NCBI GenBank assembly: GCA_965207535.1
Contig: CBDBMR010000005.1
Span: 95,905 to 159,904, forward strand
Direction of reading: 5' to 3'
Length of the DNA stretch: 64,000 nucleotides
Origin: Rhodospirillales bacterium
Lineage (GTDB): Bacteria > Pseudomonadota > Alphaproteobacteria > Rhodospirillales > UBA2165
This document shows, piece after piece, positions 35,530 to 44,446 of the stretch; position 1 is the stretch's first letter; the number at the start of each line of letters is the position of its first letter. The translations under genes and the position numbers were made by a program. The notes under the pieces are model-generated. The model was given only the letters and a program-made list of their open reading frames with translations, made no database searches and had not been told where the DNA came from.

Positions 35530-36525
35530 TCAGACGGTCACCGGCTTGCCGCTCTCCGCGGACCTGACGACCGCCTCCAGGACGGCCACATTGCGGATTT
35601 TTTCTTCATCGGTGAACGGATAATCGGCCCGCCCCTCGACCGCATCCGCGAAGGCCTCGAGATTGGCGGTGACGGTGTCGATATCGTCGAGCACAGCGGT
35701 TTCTTCCACCCCTTCCGCCCGGGAGACTGTCAGCCGGGTCTTGCCGATCTCACTCGGGTGCGTGTCGCCGCGCGCCTCCACCCAGGCCTCGGACCCGAAG
35801 ACGGCGAACCGCATGTAGAGCGGCGTTGCCAGCTGCGAGGAAAAATAGGACGTGGCGCCGTTCGCATGCCGGAACTGGATCGACAGGACATCGCCGGCGC
35901 CGTGCTGCATGTAGCGCCGCGCCGTCTGGGCGAAAACCTCGGTAATGTCGCCCAGCATCCATAAATAGGCGTCCGAGTGGTGAATGCCCGTCGCGGTCAT
36001 GCCGGCGGCAGGCGATTCGCCGGCGTCCGCCCGCCATCCCTCGGCCGGCACACCGGCCAGCCTGTCGTGAGAGAAGTTGCTTTCGGCATGCTGGATTTCG
36101 CCGAGCGCGCCTTCATCGATCAGCCGCTTGATCTCCCGGAACGCGGGCTCGAACCGGCGTTCGTGTCCGACGCCCAGTTGGACGCCGGCCGCGCGGCATG
36201 CCGCGACCGCGCGCTCGGCGCTCGCCTTGGTCAGCGCCAGCGGCTTCTCGCAGAAGACGTGCTTCCCGGCTTCCGCCGCGGCGACGATCTGCGCCTCGTG
36301 CAGGCTGTGGGGGGTCGCCAGCAGAACGCCGTCGATGCCGGGATCGTCCAGCGCATGGGAGAGGTCGGCGCTCAGCTCCAGTCCGTTCGCATCGGCGAAT
36401 TCCCGATGGGCGTCCAGCGCGATGTCGATGCCGCGCGTCACCCGCAGCTTGCCGCCGTTGTTTTGCAGGCAGCCGACGATGTGCCTGCCCCACCAGCCAA
36501 GGCCGACCATGGCCACATTGATCAT
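35530..36525 (-). CDS. Gfo/Idh/MocA family oxidoreductase
   Basis: MINVAMVGLGWWGRH...CEKPLALT. The ATG at 36525 is preceded by GGAG. The track's upstream extension has no family similarity. Confidence 0.85.
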   Translation of the reverse strand: MINVAMVGLGWWGRHIVGCLQNNGGKLRVTRGIDIALDAHREFADANGLELSADLSHALDDPGIDGVLLATPHSLHEAQIVAAAEAGKHVFCEKPLALTKASAERAVAACRAAGVQLGVGHERRFEPAFREIKRLIDEGALGEIQHAESNFSHDRLAGVPAEGWRADAGESPAAGMTATGIHHSDAYLWMLGDITEVFAQTARRYMQHGAGDVLSIQFRHANGATSYFSSQLATPLYMRFAVFGSEAWVEARGDTHPSEIGKTRLTVSRAEGVEETAVLDDIDTVTANLEAFADAVEGRADYPFTDEEKIRNVAVLEAVVRSAESGKPVTV

Positions 36526-36726
36526 GCGAAATTCTCCGGTCCACTCGCGGGCCGGAGTCTTAGCCAATCGGCTTGCCGGGATCAAACGCCCGAAGCGATT
36601 AGGCGGGGCGATCGGGCGGCGCGATGCGATTTTCGGTTTTCCGAAAGTAGACGGAATTTCATCGAAATTCCCCGCTGGACCCGGCCGCTCCCGACGCGTA
36701 AGGAAGATGCCGAACGGGGCAGGCAA

Positions 36727-37398
36727 TTGATCGACAAACGGGTCACATCTTTCGAGCAGGCGCTGGCCGGGATCGAGGACGGATCGACCATCCTGGCGAG
36801 CGGTTTCGGCAATGCCGGCTCACCCATCGAACTTCTGGAGGCGCTGGTCGACCAGGGGGCCAGGGACCTGACCGTGGTCAGCAACAATGCGGGCGAAGGC
36901 GAGTACGGGCTGGCCGCACTCATGCGGGCCGGACGGGTGCGCAAGATCATATGCTCCTACCCGATCACGTCCGGTTCGGTGGTCGTCGATGAACTCCATG
37001 CGGCGGGCAAGATCGAGCTGGAGGTGGCGCCCCAGGGCACGATCAGCGAACGCATGCGCGCCGCGGCGGCCGGCATCGGCGGCTTCTACACCCGGACGTC
37101 CGCCGGCACGATGCTCGGCGAAGGCAAGGAAACCCGCGAGTTCGACGGGCGGCTCCATGTGCTGGAACGGCCGCTCAAGGGCGACGTCGCCCTCATCCGT
37201 GCCAAGACCGGCGACCGGTGGGGCAACCTCATCTACAACATGACGGCCCGAAATTTCGGACCCACCATGGCCATGGCCGCGGACCTGACCATCGCCCAGG
37301 TGGACGAAACCGTCGATGCCGGCGAATTGGACCCCGAGATCATCGTGACCCCCGGCATCTTCGTCGACCGGGTTCTAAAGGTTCCGGGGAGCTCGTAA
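36727..37398 (+). CDS. 3-oxoacid CoA-transferase family, subunit A
   Basis: IDKRVTSFEQALAGIEDGSTILASGFGNAGSPIELLEAL...GTISERMRAAAAGIGGFYT. The only in-frame start near the homologous N-terminus is the TTG at 36727, so the start is uncertain. Confidence 0.75.
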   Translation: MIDKRVTSFEQALAGIEDGSTILASGFGNAGSPIELLEALVDQGARDLTVVSNNAGEGEYGLAALMRAGRVRKIICSYPITSGSVVVDELHAAGKIELEVAPQGTISERMRAAAAGIGGFYTRTSAGTMLGEGKETREFDGRLHVLERPLKGDVALIRAKTGDRWGNLIYNMTARNFGPTMAMAADLTIAQVDETVDAGELDPEIIVTPGIFVDRVLKVPGSS

Positions 37399-37399
37399 C

Positions 37400-38083
37400 G
37401 TGGGTCTGGACCGCAACCAGATCGCCTGGCGGATCGCCCAGGACATCGTCGACGGCAGCTACGTAAATCTCGGCATCGGCATGCCGGAACTGGTGGCCGA
37501 CTTCATCCCCGAGGGGCGCGAGATCGTCTTTCACAGCGAGAATGGGCTGTTGGGCATGGGGCCCAAGCCGCCGAAGGACCAGGAAGACCACGATTTGATG
37601 AACGCCGGCAAGAAACCGGTGACGCTGGTGCCGGGCGGCGCCTACTTTCATCACACCGACTCGTTCCTGATGATCAGGGGCGGCCATCTCGATCTCTGCG
37701 TGCTCGGGGCCTACCAGATCTCGGAGGCCGGCGATCTCGCCAACTGGGCGACCAACAGCGACAAGCGGCTGCCCGCCGTCGGCGGCGCCATGGACCTGGC
37801 GGCCGGCACCCCGCGGGTCGTCGCCATGACCACGCACTGCGCACGGGACGGCACGCCCAAACTTCTCGGCGAATGCACCTTTCCGCTGACCGCGGCGGGC
37901 GTCGTCGACCGGGTTTATACGGATCTCGCCGTGGTCGATGTGACGCCGGGGGGCTTCGTCGCGCGCGAGATCATCGACGGGATGACCATCGGCGAACTGC
38001 AGGACAGGACCGGGGCACGGCTCACCGCCGCGGATGATCTCGGCATCCTGAAAGCGCCAGCGCTCGGCGGAGCGGCCGGGTAG
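37400..38083 (+). CDS. 3-oxoacid CoA-transferase family, subunit B
   Basis: YVNLGIGMPELVADFIP...FHSENGLLGMGP (catalytic Glu motif SENG). It starts 1 nt after the subunit A stop. Confidence 0.85.
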   Translation: MGLDRNQIAWRIAQDIVDGSYVNLGIGMPELVADFIPEGREIVFHSENGLLGMGPKPPKDQEDHDLMNAGKKPVTLVPGGAYFHHTDSFLMIRGGHLDLCVLGAYQISEAGDLANWATNSDKRLPAVGGAMDLAAGTPRVVAMTTHCARDGTPKLLGECTFPLTAAGVVDRVYTDLAVVDVTPGGFVAREIIDGMTIGELQDRTGARLTAADDLGILKAPALGGAAG

Positions 38084-38090
38084 CCGCTAG

Positions 38091-38308
38091 CGCGTGGATG
38101 CCCCGGTCAAGCCGGGGCATGACGACTTGGTTTGTGTCGTATATCCACTCGTCATACCCCGCCTTATGCGGGGTATCCAGATTTCCAACTCTTTAACCAC
38201 AGAGACAGTGAGACAGTGAGATAGGAGGAGTTAACCAATTCTCCTCTGTGATCTCTGTGTCTCTGTGGTGAATATCCTGGATGCCCCGGACAGGCCGGGG
38301 CATGACGG
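38091..38308 (+). repeat. Composite REP-like repeat cluster R1 (GC hairpins plus a 75-nt CAGAGACAGTGAGAC...GTGTCTCTGTGG long hairpin)
   Basis: GGATGCCCCGGTCAAGCCGGGGCATGACG hairpin, GTCATACCCCGCCTTATGCGGGGTATCC hairpin, a long inverted repeat, and a second GGATGCCCCGG..CCGGGGCATGACGG hairpin. The reverse complement recurs at 59751-59943 and a related copy at 61841-62175. Confidence 0.85.
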
Positions 38309-38319
38309 CCGGGTAGCTG

Positions 38320-39111
38320 CTAGGACCAGGGGGTTTCGACCTTCTCGATGGAGACGCCGTCGACCTGGATGTCATCGACCTTTTCGTTGAAGAAGCACAT
38401 CAGGCCCTTGATCCTGGGCATCTCCGGGATGGGCTCCGGGTAGCTCCAGACGATGTTCTCGAACACCCGGCCTCCCACCGCCGCCGTCCAATACACCGCG
38501 TCCCCCTTGTAGGGACAGGACGACGCGGCGTCGCTCGGGGTCAGAAGCTCCCGCCGAACGTCCTCGGGCGGCAGGTAGTAGCGGGTCGGCAGCCCGGTTT
38601 CGAAAAGAAAGTAGGCGTTGGCGCTCTCGGCCACCGTTTCGCCGCCGAGGACGACCTTGACGGGCCGGGAGCTCCGCACCACGTCGATGCGCTTATAGGG
38701 ATCCCGGGCGTGGACGAAGATTTCGTCATCCTCCTCGTACCAGTGATCCACCTTGTTCCAGTAGAACGCCACATGATCCTTGAGTTGCGCGCATTCCACG
38801 AACGGGTCCTCGTATCCCCAGACGGCGTTTTCCGACGTTCTGCCGCCGGCGCCGATGGTCCAGTAGGACGCATCGCCCTTGAACGGACAATGTGTGGAGT
38901 GGCCGGTCGCGCTCAGCAATTCCATGCGGACATCCGGCTTCGGGAAATAATAGACGGGGACGTGTCCGGTTTCCCGGACCAGCAGGGTCTCAAGGGAATC
39001 CGCGATGACCTCGCCGCCGAACTCGACACGCACCCGGCGCGGGCTGATCTCCATATTCACCTCGTAGCCGGGGTGGCTTTGAAACCCGGGGGCGTTCACT
39101 CCATCAGGCAT
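38320..39111 (-). CDS. Protein with two tandem DUF427 domains
   Basis: Internal duplication: ...VPVYYFPKPDVRMELLSATGHSTHCPFKGDASYWTI... and ...LPTRYYLPPEDVRRELLTPSDAASSCPYKGDAVYWTA.... GGAGGG precedes the ATG at 39111. Confidence 0.75.
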   Translation of the reverse strand: MPDGVNAPGFQSHPGYEVNMEISPRRVRVEFGGEVIADSLETLLVRETGHVPVYYFPKPDVRMELLSATGHSTHCPFKGDASYWTIGAGGRTSENAVWGYEDPFVECAQLKDHVAFYWNKVDHWYEEDDEIFVHARDPYKRIDVVRSSRPVKVVLGGETVAESANAYFLFETGLPTRYYLPPEDVRRELLTPSDAASSCPYKGDAVYWTAAVGGRVFENIVWSYPEPIPEMPRIKGLMCFFNEKVDDIQVDGVSIEKVETPWS

Positions 39112-39133
39112 TGGTTCCCTCCAGTCGCCCCAA

Positions 39134-39352
39134 CTAATCCCTGGGCCGATCCGTCTCGGCATCCGCGAACTCGTCGTCGCCCGGCTCCTCGTCTTCGACG
39201 GCGGCGATCCGGTAGTCTTCGTTGAGCCACTTCGAGAGGTCGAGGTCGGCACAGCGCTTGGAGCAGAAGGGCCGATATTCGGCGGCCGCGGGACGGCCGC
39301 AGGACGGACATTTCTTGCCTTTGGCGCTGACGGGAAGTCGGTGAACGGACAC
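39134..39352 (-). CDS. yacG: DNA gyrase inhibitor YacG (zinc-finger protein)
   Basis: CPSCGRP...RPFCSKRCADLDLSKWLNEDYRI, the canonical YacG sequence. Confidence 0.85.
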   Translation of the reverse strand: MSVHRLPVSAKGKKCPSCGRPAAAEYRPFCSKRCADLDLSKWLNEDYRIAAVEDEEPGDDEFADAETDRPRD

Positions 39353-39410
39353 GGGGCGGTCTCGGCTTCAGTTTAAGGCACCACAGCCTAGGTCAGCCGG
39401 CGACCCGGCA

Positions 39411-40550
39411 TCAACCTTCTTCCGCCTCCAGGAGCACCCGGGCCTCCGGCAGGCTGCGGCGCCTGCGGCGCCGGGTCAATTCGACCAGTCCGAGCTTGCT
39501 GTATCCATGGACGAAAACGGATCGGTCGGCCGCACAGCGCTCGCGCAGCCGGCGGAGCACCTGATTGCGGTCCTCGCCACGGGAAAGGGAGATGAAATCG
39601 ATAACCGCCTGGCCGGAAAGATTTCGGAGCCGGATCTCCCTGGCGGCGGCGGCCGCCGCCTCCAGGTTGACGTGCAGAGGTCCCTGCCCGGCGTTCCCCG
39701 CATTGACGTCAATGGCCACGAGCGCCTGGGTAGGCTCGATGACCAGCTCGCCCCCCGACGGAAGCCGGACCAGCGGCTCGAAGGCCTCCTGCCAGGCGTC
39801 TTCCAGGCCCATGCCGCCGAAGGGTCCGACGGTCTGGTGGTGGGCCATCAGCCTATCGGTGGCTTCGGGCGCCCACCGGCCGATGCAGGATTGGACAAAC
39901 GGCACGGATTCGCTGGTCGCGACGATTTGCGACCAATCCCCGGCCGGAATATCCCTGATGAAGCTCTCCACCGGCGAAACCGGCGGTGACAGGACCGCAT
40001 TGTCCTCGGTGTCCCCGATCGAGGACCACGCCCCGCGCAGCCTCCGAACCTCGTCGACAACCGCGTCCGCCCCGGCGTCCGCTGCCCGGGTGCGCAGAAC
40101 GACCCCTTCTTCGCCCAGCAAACTCCCATCCACCGTGTCGATGAGGGTTTCGATGCCCGGATGATCGCGAAGCGATCGCGGCGCCCGGACCGTCTCGCCG
40201 TCCGGCTGGAAGACCGCCAGGCAGCCGGCGATCCGGGGCCTCGCGGTCAGCCGGGCCAGCTTGCCCGGAAAGCTGTCGCGCTCCACCTGCACGATCAGCC
40301 GCTGCCCTTCCCGGAGTGCCGGTGAGCCCACGGGCACGTCCCGGCCGTTGAGGAAGCCGGTCGACCCGTCGCCGAATTCGACGAACCCGTCGCCCCCTGC
40401 CGTCTTGCCGGCGACCCTGCCCCGGTAAATGCCCTCTACCTGGCTGGGGTGGCGCCTCAGCTCCAGATACGCTTCCGCCAGATCTCCGTCCTCGAGTAGG
40501 GCGATGCGGTCGGCCGCAACACCGGATTCGATGACCAGTTCGCGCTTCAT
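39411..40550 (-). CDS. rng: Ribonuclease E/G family protein (RNase G-like)
   Basis: GIYRGRVAGK...GFVEFG (S1-like) and ALVAIDVNAG...LRNLSGQAVIDFI catalytic-core motifs. The ATG at 40550 overlaps the maf stop (ATGA). Confidence 0.75.
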   Translation of the reverse strand: MKRELVIESGVAADRIALLEDGDLAEAYLELRRHPSQVEGIYRGRVAGKTAGGDGFVEFGDGSTGFLNGRDVPVGSPALREGQRLIVQVERDSFPGKLARLTARPRIAGCLAVFQPDGETVRAPRSLRDHPGIETLIDTVDGSLLGEEGVVLRTRAADAGADAVVDEVRRLRGAWSSIGDTEDNAVLSPPVSPVESFIRDIPAGDWSQIVATSESVPFVQSCIGRWAPEATDRLMAHHQTVGPFGGMGLEDAWQEAFEPLVRLPSGGELVIEPTQALVAIDVNAGNAGQGPLHVNLEAAAAAAREIRLRNLSGQAVIDFISLSRGEDRNQVLRRLRERCAADRSVFVHGYSKLGLVELTRRRRRRSLPEARVLLEAEEG

Positions 40551-41149
40551 GACCGCTCCGCCTGCGGCCGGATTCCAAGGCCGCCCAACAATTGCACGAC
40601 CTCGAACAGGGGCAGCCCCACCACGTTGCTGTAGGAACCGGAGATGGCGCGGACATAACCGGCGGCCAGACCCTGAATGGCGTACCCGCCCGCCTTGCCC
40701 CGCCATTCCAATGACCGGAGATAATCGTCGATTTCCGCGGCATCCAGGCGCTTGAACGAGACGCCGGTCGACACCAGACGGGTATGTTCCGCCCCCCGTG
40801 GGTCGACGACACAGACGCCGCCGAGAACGGTGTGCCTGCGCCCGGAGAGCAGTTCCAGCATGCGGCGCGCCTCGCTCTCGGTTGCCGGTTTCCCGAGGCC
40901 GCGGCGGCCGCAGGCGACGACCGTATCGGCGCCAAGAACAAAACAATCCGGGTTGTCCGCCGCAACCACCCGCGCCTTGCCGGCCGCGAGCCTCAGCGCC
41001 AGGTCCTTCGGCAGTTCGCCGGGCTTCGCCGCCTCGTCGATACGGGCCGGAACGATCGAGCCGGGCTCCAGGCAGACCTGGCGCAGCAAATCGAGCCGCC
41101 TGGGCGATGCCGAGGCGAGGATCAGGTTCGGTATCTGGGAATGGGTCAT
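40547..41149 (-). CDS. maf: Maf family nucleoside-triphosphate pyrophosphatase
   Basis: LILASASPRRLDLLRQ...GADTVV...GKAGGYAIQG motifs. Confidence 0.9.
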   Translation of the reverse strand: MTHSQIPNLILASASPRRLDLLRQVCLEPGSIVPARIDEAAKPGELPKDLALRLAAGKARVVAADNPDCFVLGADTVVACGRRGLGKPATESEARRMLELLSGRRHTVLGGVCVVDPRGAEHTRLVSTGVSFKRLDAAEIDDYLRSLEWRGKAGGYAIQGLAAGYVRAISGSYSNVVGLPLFEVVQLLGGLGIRPQAERS

Positions 41150-41178
41150 CGGCCGCGCCAGGATCAGGCGCCAGCGGA

Positions 41179-41397
41179 TTACTTGAAGCGGAAGGTAATC
41201 CGGCCCTTCGTCAGGTCGTACGGGGTCATCTCGACGTTAACGCGGTCCCCCGCCAGCACGCGAATCCGGTGTTTCCGCATCTTTCCGGCCGTGTGGGCCA
41301 AAATTTCATGATCATTGTCCAGTTTGACCCGGAACATCGCATTGGGCAGCAGTTCGGTGACCGTGCCCTCGAACTCCAAAAGCTCTTCCTTCGCCAT
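41179..41397 (-). CDS. infA: Translation initiation factor IF-1
   Basis: [72 protein letters not shown], a full-length IF-1. Confidence 0.97.
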   Translation of the reverse strand: MAKEELLEFEGTVTELLPNAMFRVKLDNDHEILAHTAGKMRKHRIRVLAGDRVNVEMTPYDLTKGRITFRFK

Positions 41398-41498
41398 CTC
41401 CGCTCCCGCGGCTGTTGCAGTGAGGGGTGAAAGTGGTCCGAACAGCCTTTCGGGTCAAGTCCTTTTGCCCCGAATTCCGCCGAATATCGTGGGATCGG

Positions 41499-41942
41499 TC
41501 AGCCGCCGGGGGGCTTTGCGACGGGAAATCTCCGGTGAATTCGATCATGAATGGCGTCGCGCACCCGGCGATAGGCTTCGAGCTGCACCTCCCGCGTTCC
41601 TTCGATCCCGCCGGGATGCTCGGTGGCCCAGTATTCCACCTCGCAGGAGACGCGCGAGGTGAGGTCCAGCGCCAGGTGATGGGCCTCTGGCGACAGGGTG
41701 ACGATCAGGTCGAATGACAAATCGTTCAGATCGTTGAAGGATTTCGGGCGGTGACGGGACATGTCGATCCCCCGCTCCCGCATGACCTCGACGACGAATC
41801 CGTCGGGGTCGCCGATCTCGACCCCCACCGAGTCCACATATATTCGATGCCCGTGATAGTGCTTGAGAAACCCTTCCGCCATGGGCGAGCGTACCGCGTT
41901 CAGCGAGCAGGCGAACAGGACGGCGGAGGGGCGTTCGGTCAT
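41499..41942 (-). CDS. Low-molecular-weight phosphotyrosine phosphatase / ArsC-like family protein
   Basis: VLFACSLNAVRSPMAEG contains the CX5R(S) P-loop. The start at 41942 lies just after the upstream gene's stop. Confidence 0.8.
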   Translation of the reverse strand: MTERPSAVLFACSLNAVRSPMAEGFLKHYHGHRIYVDSVGVEIGDPDGFVVEVMRERGIDMSRHRPKSFNDLNDLSFDLIVTLSPEAHHLALDLTSRVSCEVEYWATEHPGGIEGTREVQLEAYRRVRDAIHDRIHRRFPVAKPPGG

Positions 41943-41946
41943 CGTC

Positions 41947-42417
41947 CTATCGCCACAGCATGACGCAAATGAGGGTGAACAGCCGCCGCGCCGTATCGAA
42001 GTCCATGGCGACGTGGGATTTGAGGCGTTCCCGCAGCAACTCCGAGCCTTCATTGTGCAGGCCCCGCCGTCCCATATCGATGGCCTCGATTTTCGATGGC
42101 GATGCAACTTTGATGGCCTCGTAGTAGCTCTCGCACATCAGCATGTAGTCCTTGATGACCGAACGGACCGTCGTGAGCGGCAGCGTGAACTCGGTCAGCG
42201 GACCGTCTTCCTGGTTCCGGACATCGAGCCGGAGCCGGTTCTCCTCGACGCTGATGTGCAGATTGAACGGACCGGCGACGTCATCGGCCGGCTCGAAGCT
42301 GTTTTCCTCCAGCAAATCATAGATAGCGACGGCCCGGTCGCGGTCGACCTCGCGCGAGCGGCGCGGCACCGTCTTCTCGTCCAGGTATACGGCGACGATG
42401 CGGCGCGTATCGTCCAT
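41947..42417 (-). CDS. UPF0262 family protein
   Basis: 156-aa ORF in the conserved position downstream of hisD in alphaproteobacteria, with a typical sequence (AIYDLLEENSF.P....GPF.L.....E.RL). Confidence 0.75.
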   Translation of the reverse strand: MDDTRRIVAVYLDEKTVPRRSREVDRDRAVAIYDLLEENSFEPADDVAGPFNLHISVEENRLRLDVRNQEDGPLTEFTLPLTTVRSVIKDYMLMCESYYEAIKVASPSKIEAIDMGRRGLHNEGSELLRERLKSHVAMDFDTARRLFTLICVMLWR

Positions 42418-42420
42418 TGC

Positions 42421-43725
42421 TTACGCCTCGTCGGGCTCCGACATGCGAAGCTGCAAGGACAGGGCATGGGCGTCGAGGCCTTCCGCCTTGGCGAGAGTCA
42501 CGGCGGCCGGTCCGATCTTCGCCAGCGAGGCCCTATCGGCCCCAATGATCGAACTGCGCTTCATGAAGTCCAGAACGCCGAGGCCCGAAGAGAACCTCGC
42601 GCTCCGCCCCGTCGGCAGAACGTGGTTGGGACCGGCGATATAGTCGCCCACCGCCTCCGGCGCATGGTTGCCGAGGAATATGGCGCCGGCATTGGTGATC
42701 TTCCCGGCCAGCCCGTCCGGCTCGGCGGTCGCGATTTCCAGATGCTCCGGCGCAATCCGGTCGACGATGGCGGCCCCGGCCTCGAGTGTGGGCACGACGA
42801 TAATGGCGCCGTGACGCCGCCAACTCTCACCGGCGATGTCGCTCCGGGGCAGCGCCTGAAGGTGACGGTCGACGTGACGCGCCACTTCATCGGCGAACGC
42901 CGCGCTGTCGGTCACCAGGACGGATTGCGCGCTGGTATCGTGCTCGGCCTGCGCCAAGAGGTCCGCCGCGATCCAGGAGGGATCGGCCCGGTCGTCCGCC
43001 ATCACCAGGATTTCCGACGGCCCGGCGATGGCATCGATCCCGACGGTGCCGAAAACCAGACGCTTGGCCGCCGCCACATAGGCATTGCCCGGGCCGACGA
43101 TCTTGTCGACGGGTGCGATGGTCTCGGTCCCGAAAGCCAGCGCCGCCACGGCCTGGGCGCCGCCGACCCGGTAGATTTCATCCACCCCGGCCAGATCGGC
43201 GGCCGCCAGGACCAGCGGAGCGATTTCCCCATCGGGCGCCGGCACGGCCATGACCAGACGCGGCACGCCGGCCACCTGCGCCGGGATGGCGTTCATCAGG
43301 ACCGACGACGGATAGGCCGCGGTGCCCCCCGGCACGTACATGCCGACCGCCGGGACCGGCCGCCAGCGGTGGCCGAGACGAATGCCCGCATCATCGGTGT
43401 AGTCCAGATCGTCGGGCAGTTGGCGCGCGTGGTAGCTCTTGATCCGCTGGGCCGCGAGGTCCAGGGCGGCGATGGTGTCGGGCTCGCAATCCTTCCTGGC
43501 AGCAGCAATTTCCGCGGGCGAAATCCGCAGTCCGGATGCCGCCGCGTCGAAGCGGTCGTATTTTCGGGTGTAGTCGAGCAGGGCGGCGTCGCCGTTCGCC
43601 CGCACGGTCTCGACGATTTCGCGCACCGCCTGATCGACATCCGCTTCCGCCGCCCGCTTGACGTTTAGAAAGTCCTGGAACCGAACGTCGAAATCCGGAT
43701 CGGCGGCGTCAAGCCGGGCGGGCAT
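42421..43725 (-). CDS. hisD: Histidinol dehydrogenase
   Basis: 434 aa with YVPGGTAAYPSSVLMNAIPA, AQAEHD and GDYIAGPNHVLPT motifs. Confidence 0.95.
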   Translation of the reverse strand: MPARLDAADPDFDVRFQDFLNVKRAAEADVDQAVREIVETVRANGDAALLDYTRKYDRFDAAASGLRISPAEIAAARKDCEPDTIAALDLAAQRIKSYHARQLPDDLDYTDDAGIRLGHRWRPVPAVGMYVPGGTAAYPSSVLMNAIPAQVAGVPRLVMAVPAPDGEIAPLVLAAADLAGVDEIYRVGGAQAVAALAFGTETIAPVDKIVGPGNAYVAAAKRLVFGTVGIDAIAGPSEILVMADDRADPSWIAADLLAQAEHDTSAQSVLVTDSAAFADEVARHVDRHLQALPRSDIAGESWRRHGAIIVVPTLEAGAAIVDRIAPEHLEIATAEPDGLAGKITNAGAIFLGNHAPEAVGDYIAGPNHVLPTGRSARFSSGLGVLDFMKRSSIIGADRASLAKIGPAAVTLAKAEGLDAHALSLQLRMSEPDEA

Positions 43726-44377
43726 CGGCCGCCTCCCGGAACCGGGAAATCCATTTGGAGATATCGTCGGAGCGGGTCTTCAGCGCCGTCCGGTTCACCG
43801 CCAGCCGGGAAGAGATCCGGGCGATTTCCTCCACCTCGACGAGGCCGTTGGCCTTCAAGGTGGCGCCGGTGGACACCAGATCGACGATGCGCTCGCAAAG
43901 ACCCAGGGCTGGAGCAATTTCGACGGCGCCGGAGAGCTTGACGCATTCGGCCTGAACGCCGCGCGCGGCAAAGTGCCGCTTGGTGATTTCCGGATACTTG
44001 GTCGCGATGCGGATGTGGCTCCAGCGTTTCGGGTTGTCCCGCTTCACCAGCTCCTCGGGCGCGGCGACCACCATCCGGCAGTGGCCGAGATCGAGATCGA
44101 GGGGTGCATATATCTCCCGGGATTCGAATTCCAACAGCACGTCGGCGCCGGCAACACCCATGTGGGCGGCGCCGAACGCAACGATGGTGGCGACATCGAA
44201 GCTGCGCACGCGGATAATGTCGACCGACGGATCGCTGGTCGAGAAACGGATTTGGCGCGCATCATCCCGGTGAAACGCGTCCTCGGGCTCCAGCCCGGCG
44301 CGGCTGATCAGCGGCAGGACCTCGTCGAGGATTCGCCCCCTCGGCAACGCCAGAATGAGTTTTTCGTTGGCCAGCAC
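43709..44377 (-). CDS. hisG: ATP phosphoribosyltransferase, short (HisZ-dependent) form
   Basis: LILALPRGRILDE...VDLVSTGATLKANGL. At 222 aa it lacks the C-terminal regulatory domain. Confidence 0.9.
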   Translation of the reverse strand: MLANEKLILALPRGRILDEVLPLISRAGLEPEDAFHRDDARQIRFSTSDPSVDIIRVRSFDVATIVAFGAAHMGVAGADVLLEFESREIYAPLDLDLGHCRMVVAAPEELVKRDNPKRWSHIRIATKYPEITKRHFAARGVQAECVKLSGAVEIAPALGLCERIVDLVSTGATLKANGLVEVEEIARISSRLAVNRTALKTRSDDISKWISRFREAADARPA

Positions 44378-44446
44378 GGCTCTCGCTCCCGGTTTGGGAG
44401 CGCATCCTTAAAGGTTTTGTTCCGGTTTTTCCAGGGCTGAAGGCGG

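Noticed and set aside
41863-43668. 601-aa plus-strand ORF
   Set aside because: It is antisense to hisD, UPF0262 and the LMW phosphatase gene, all confidently identified on the minus strand.
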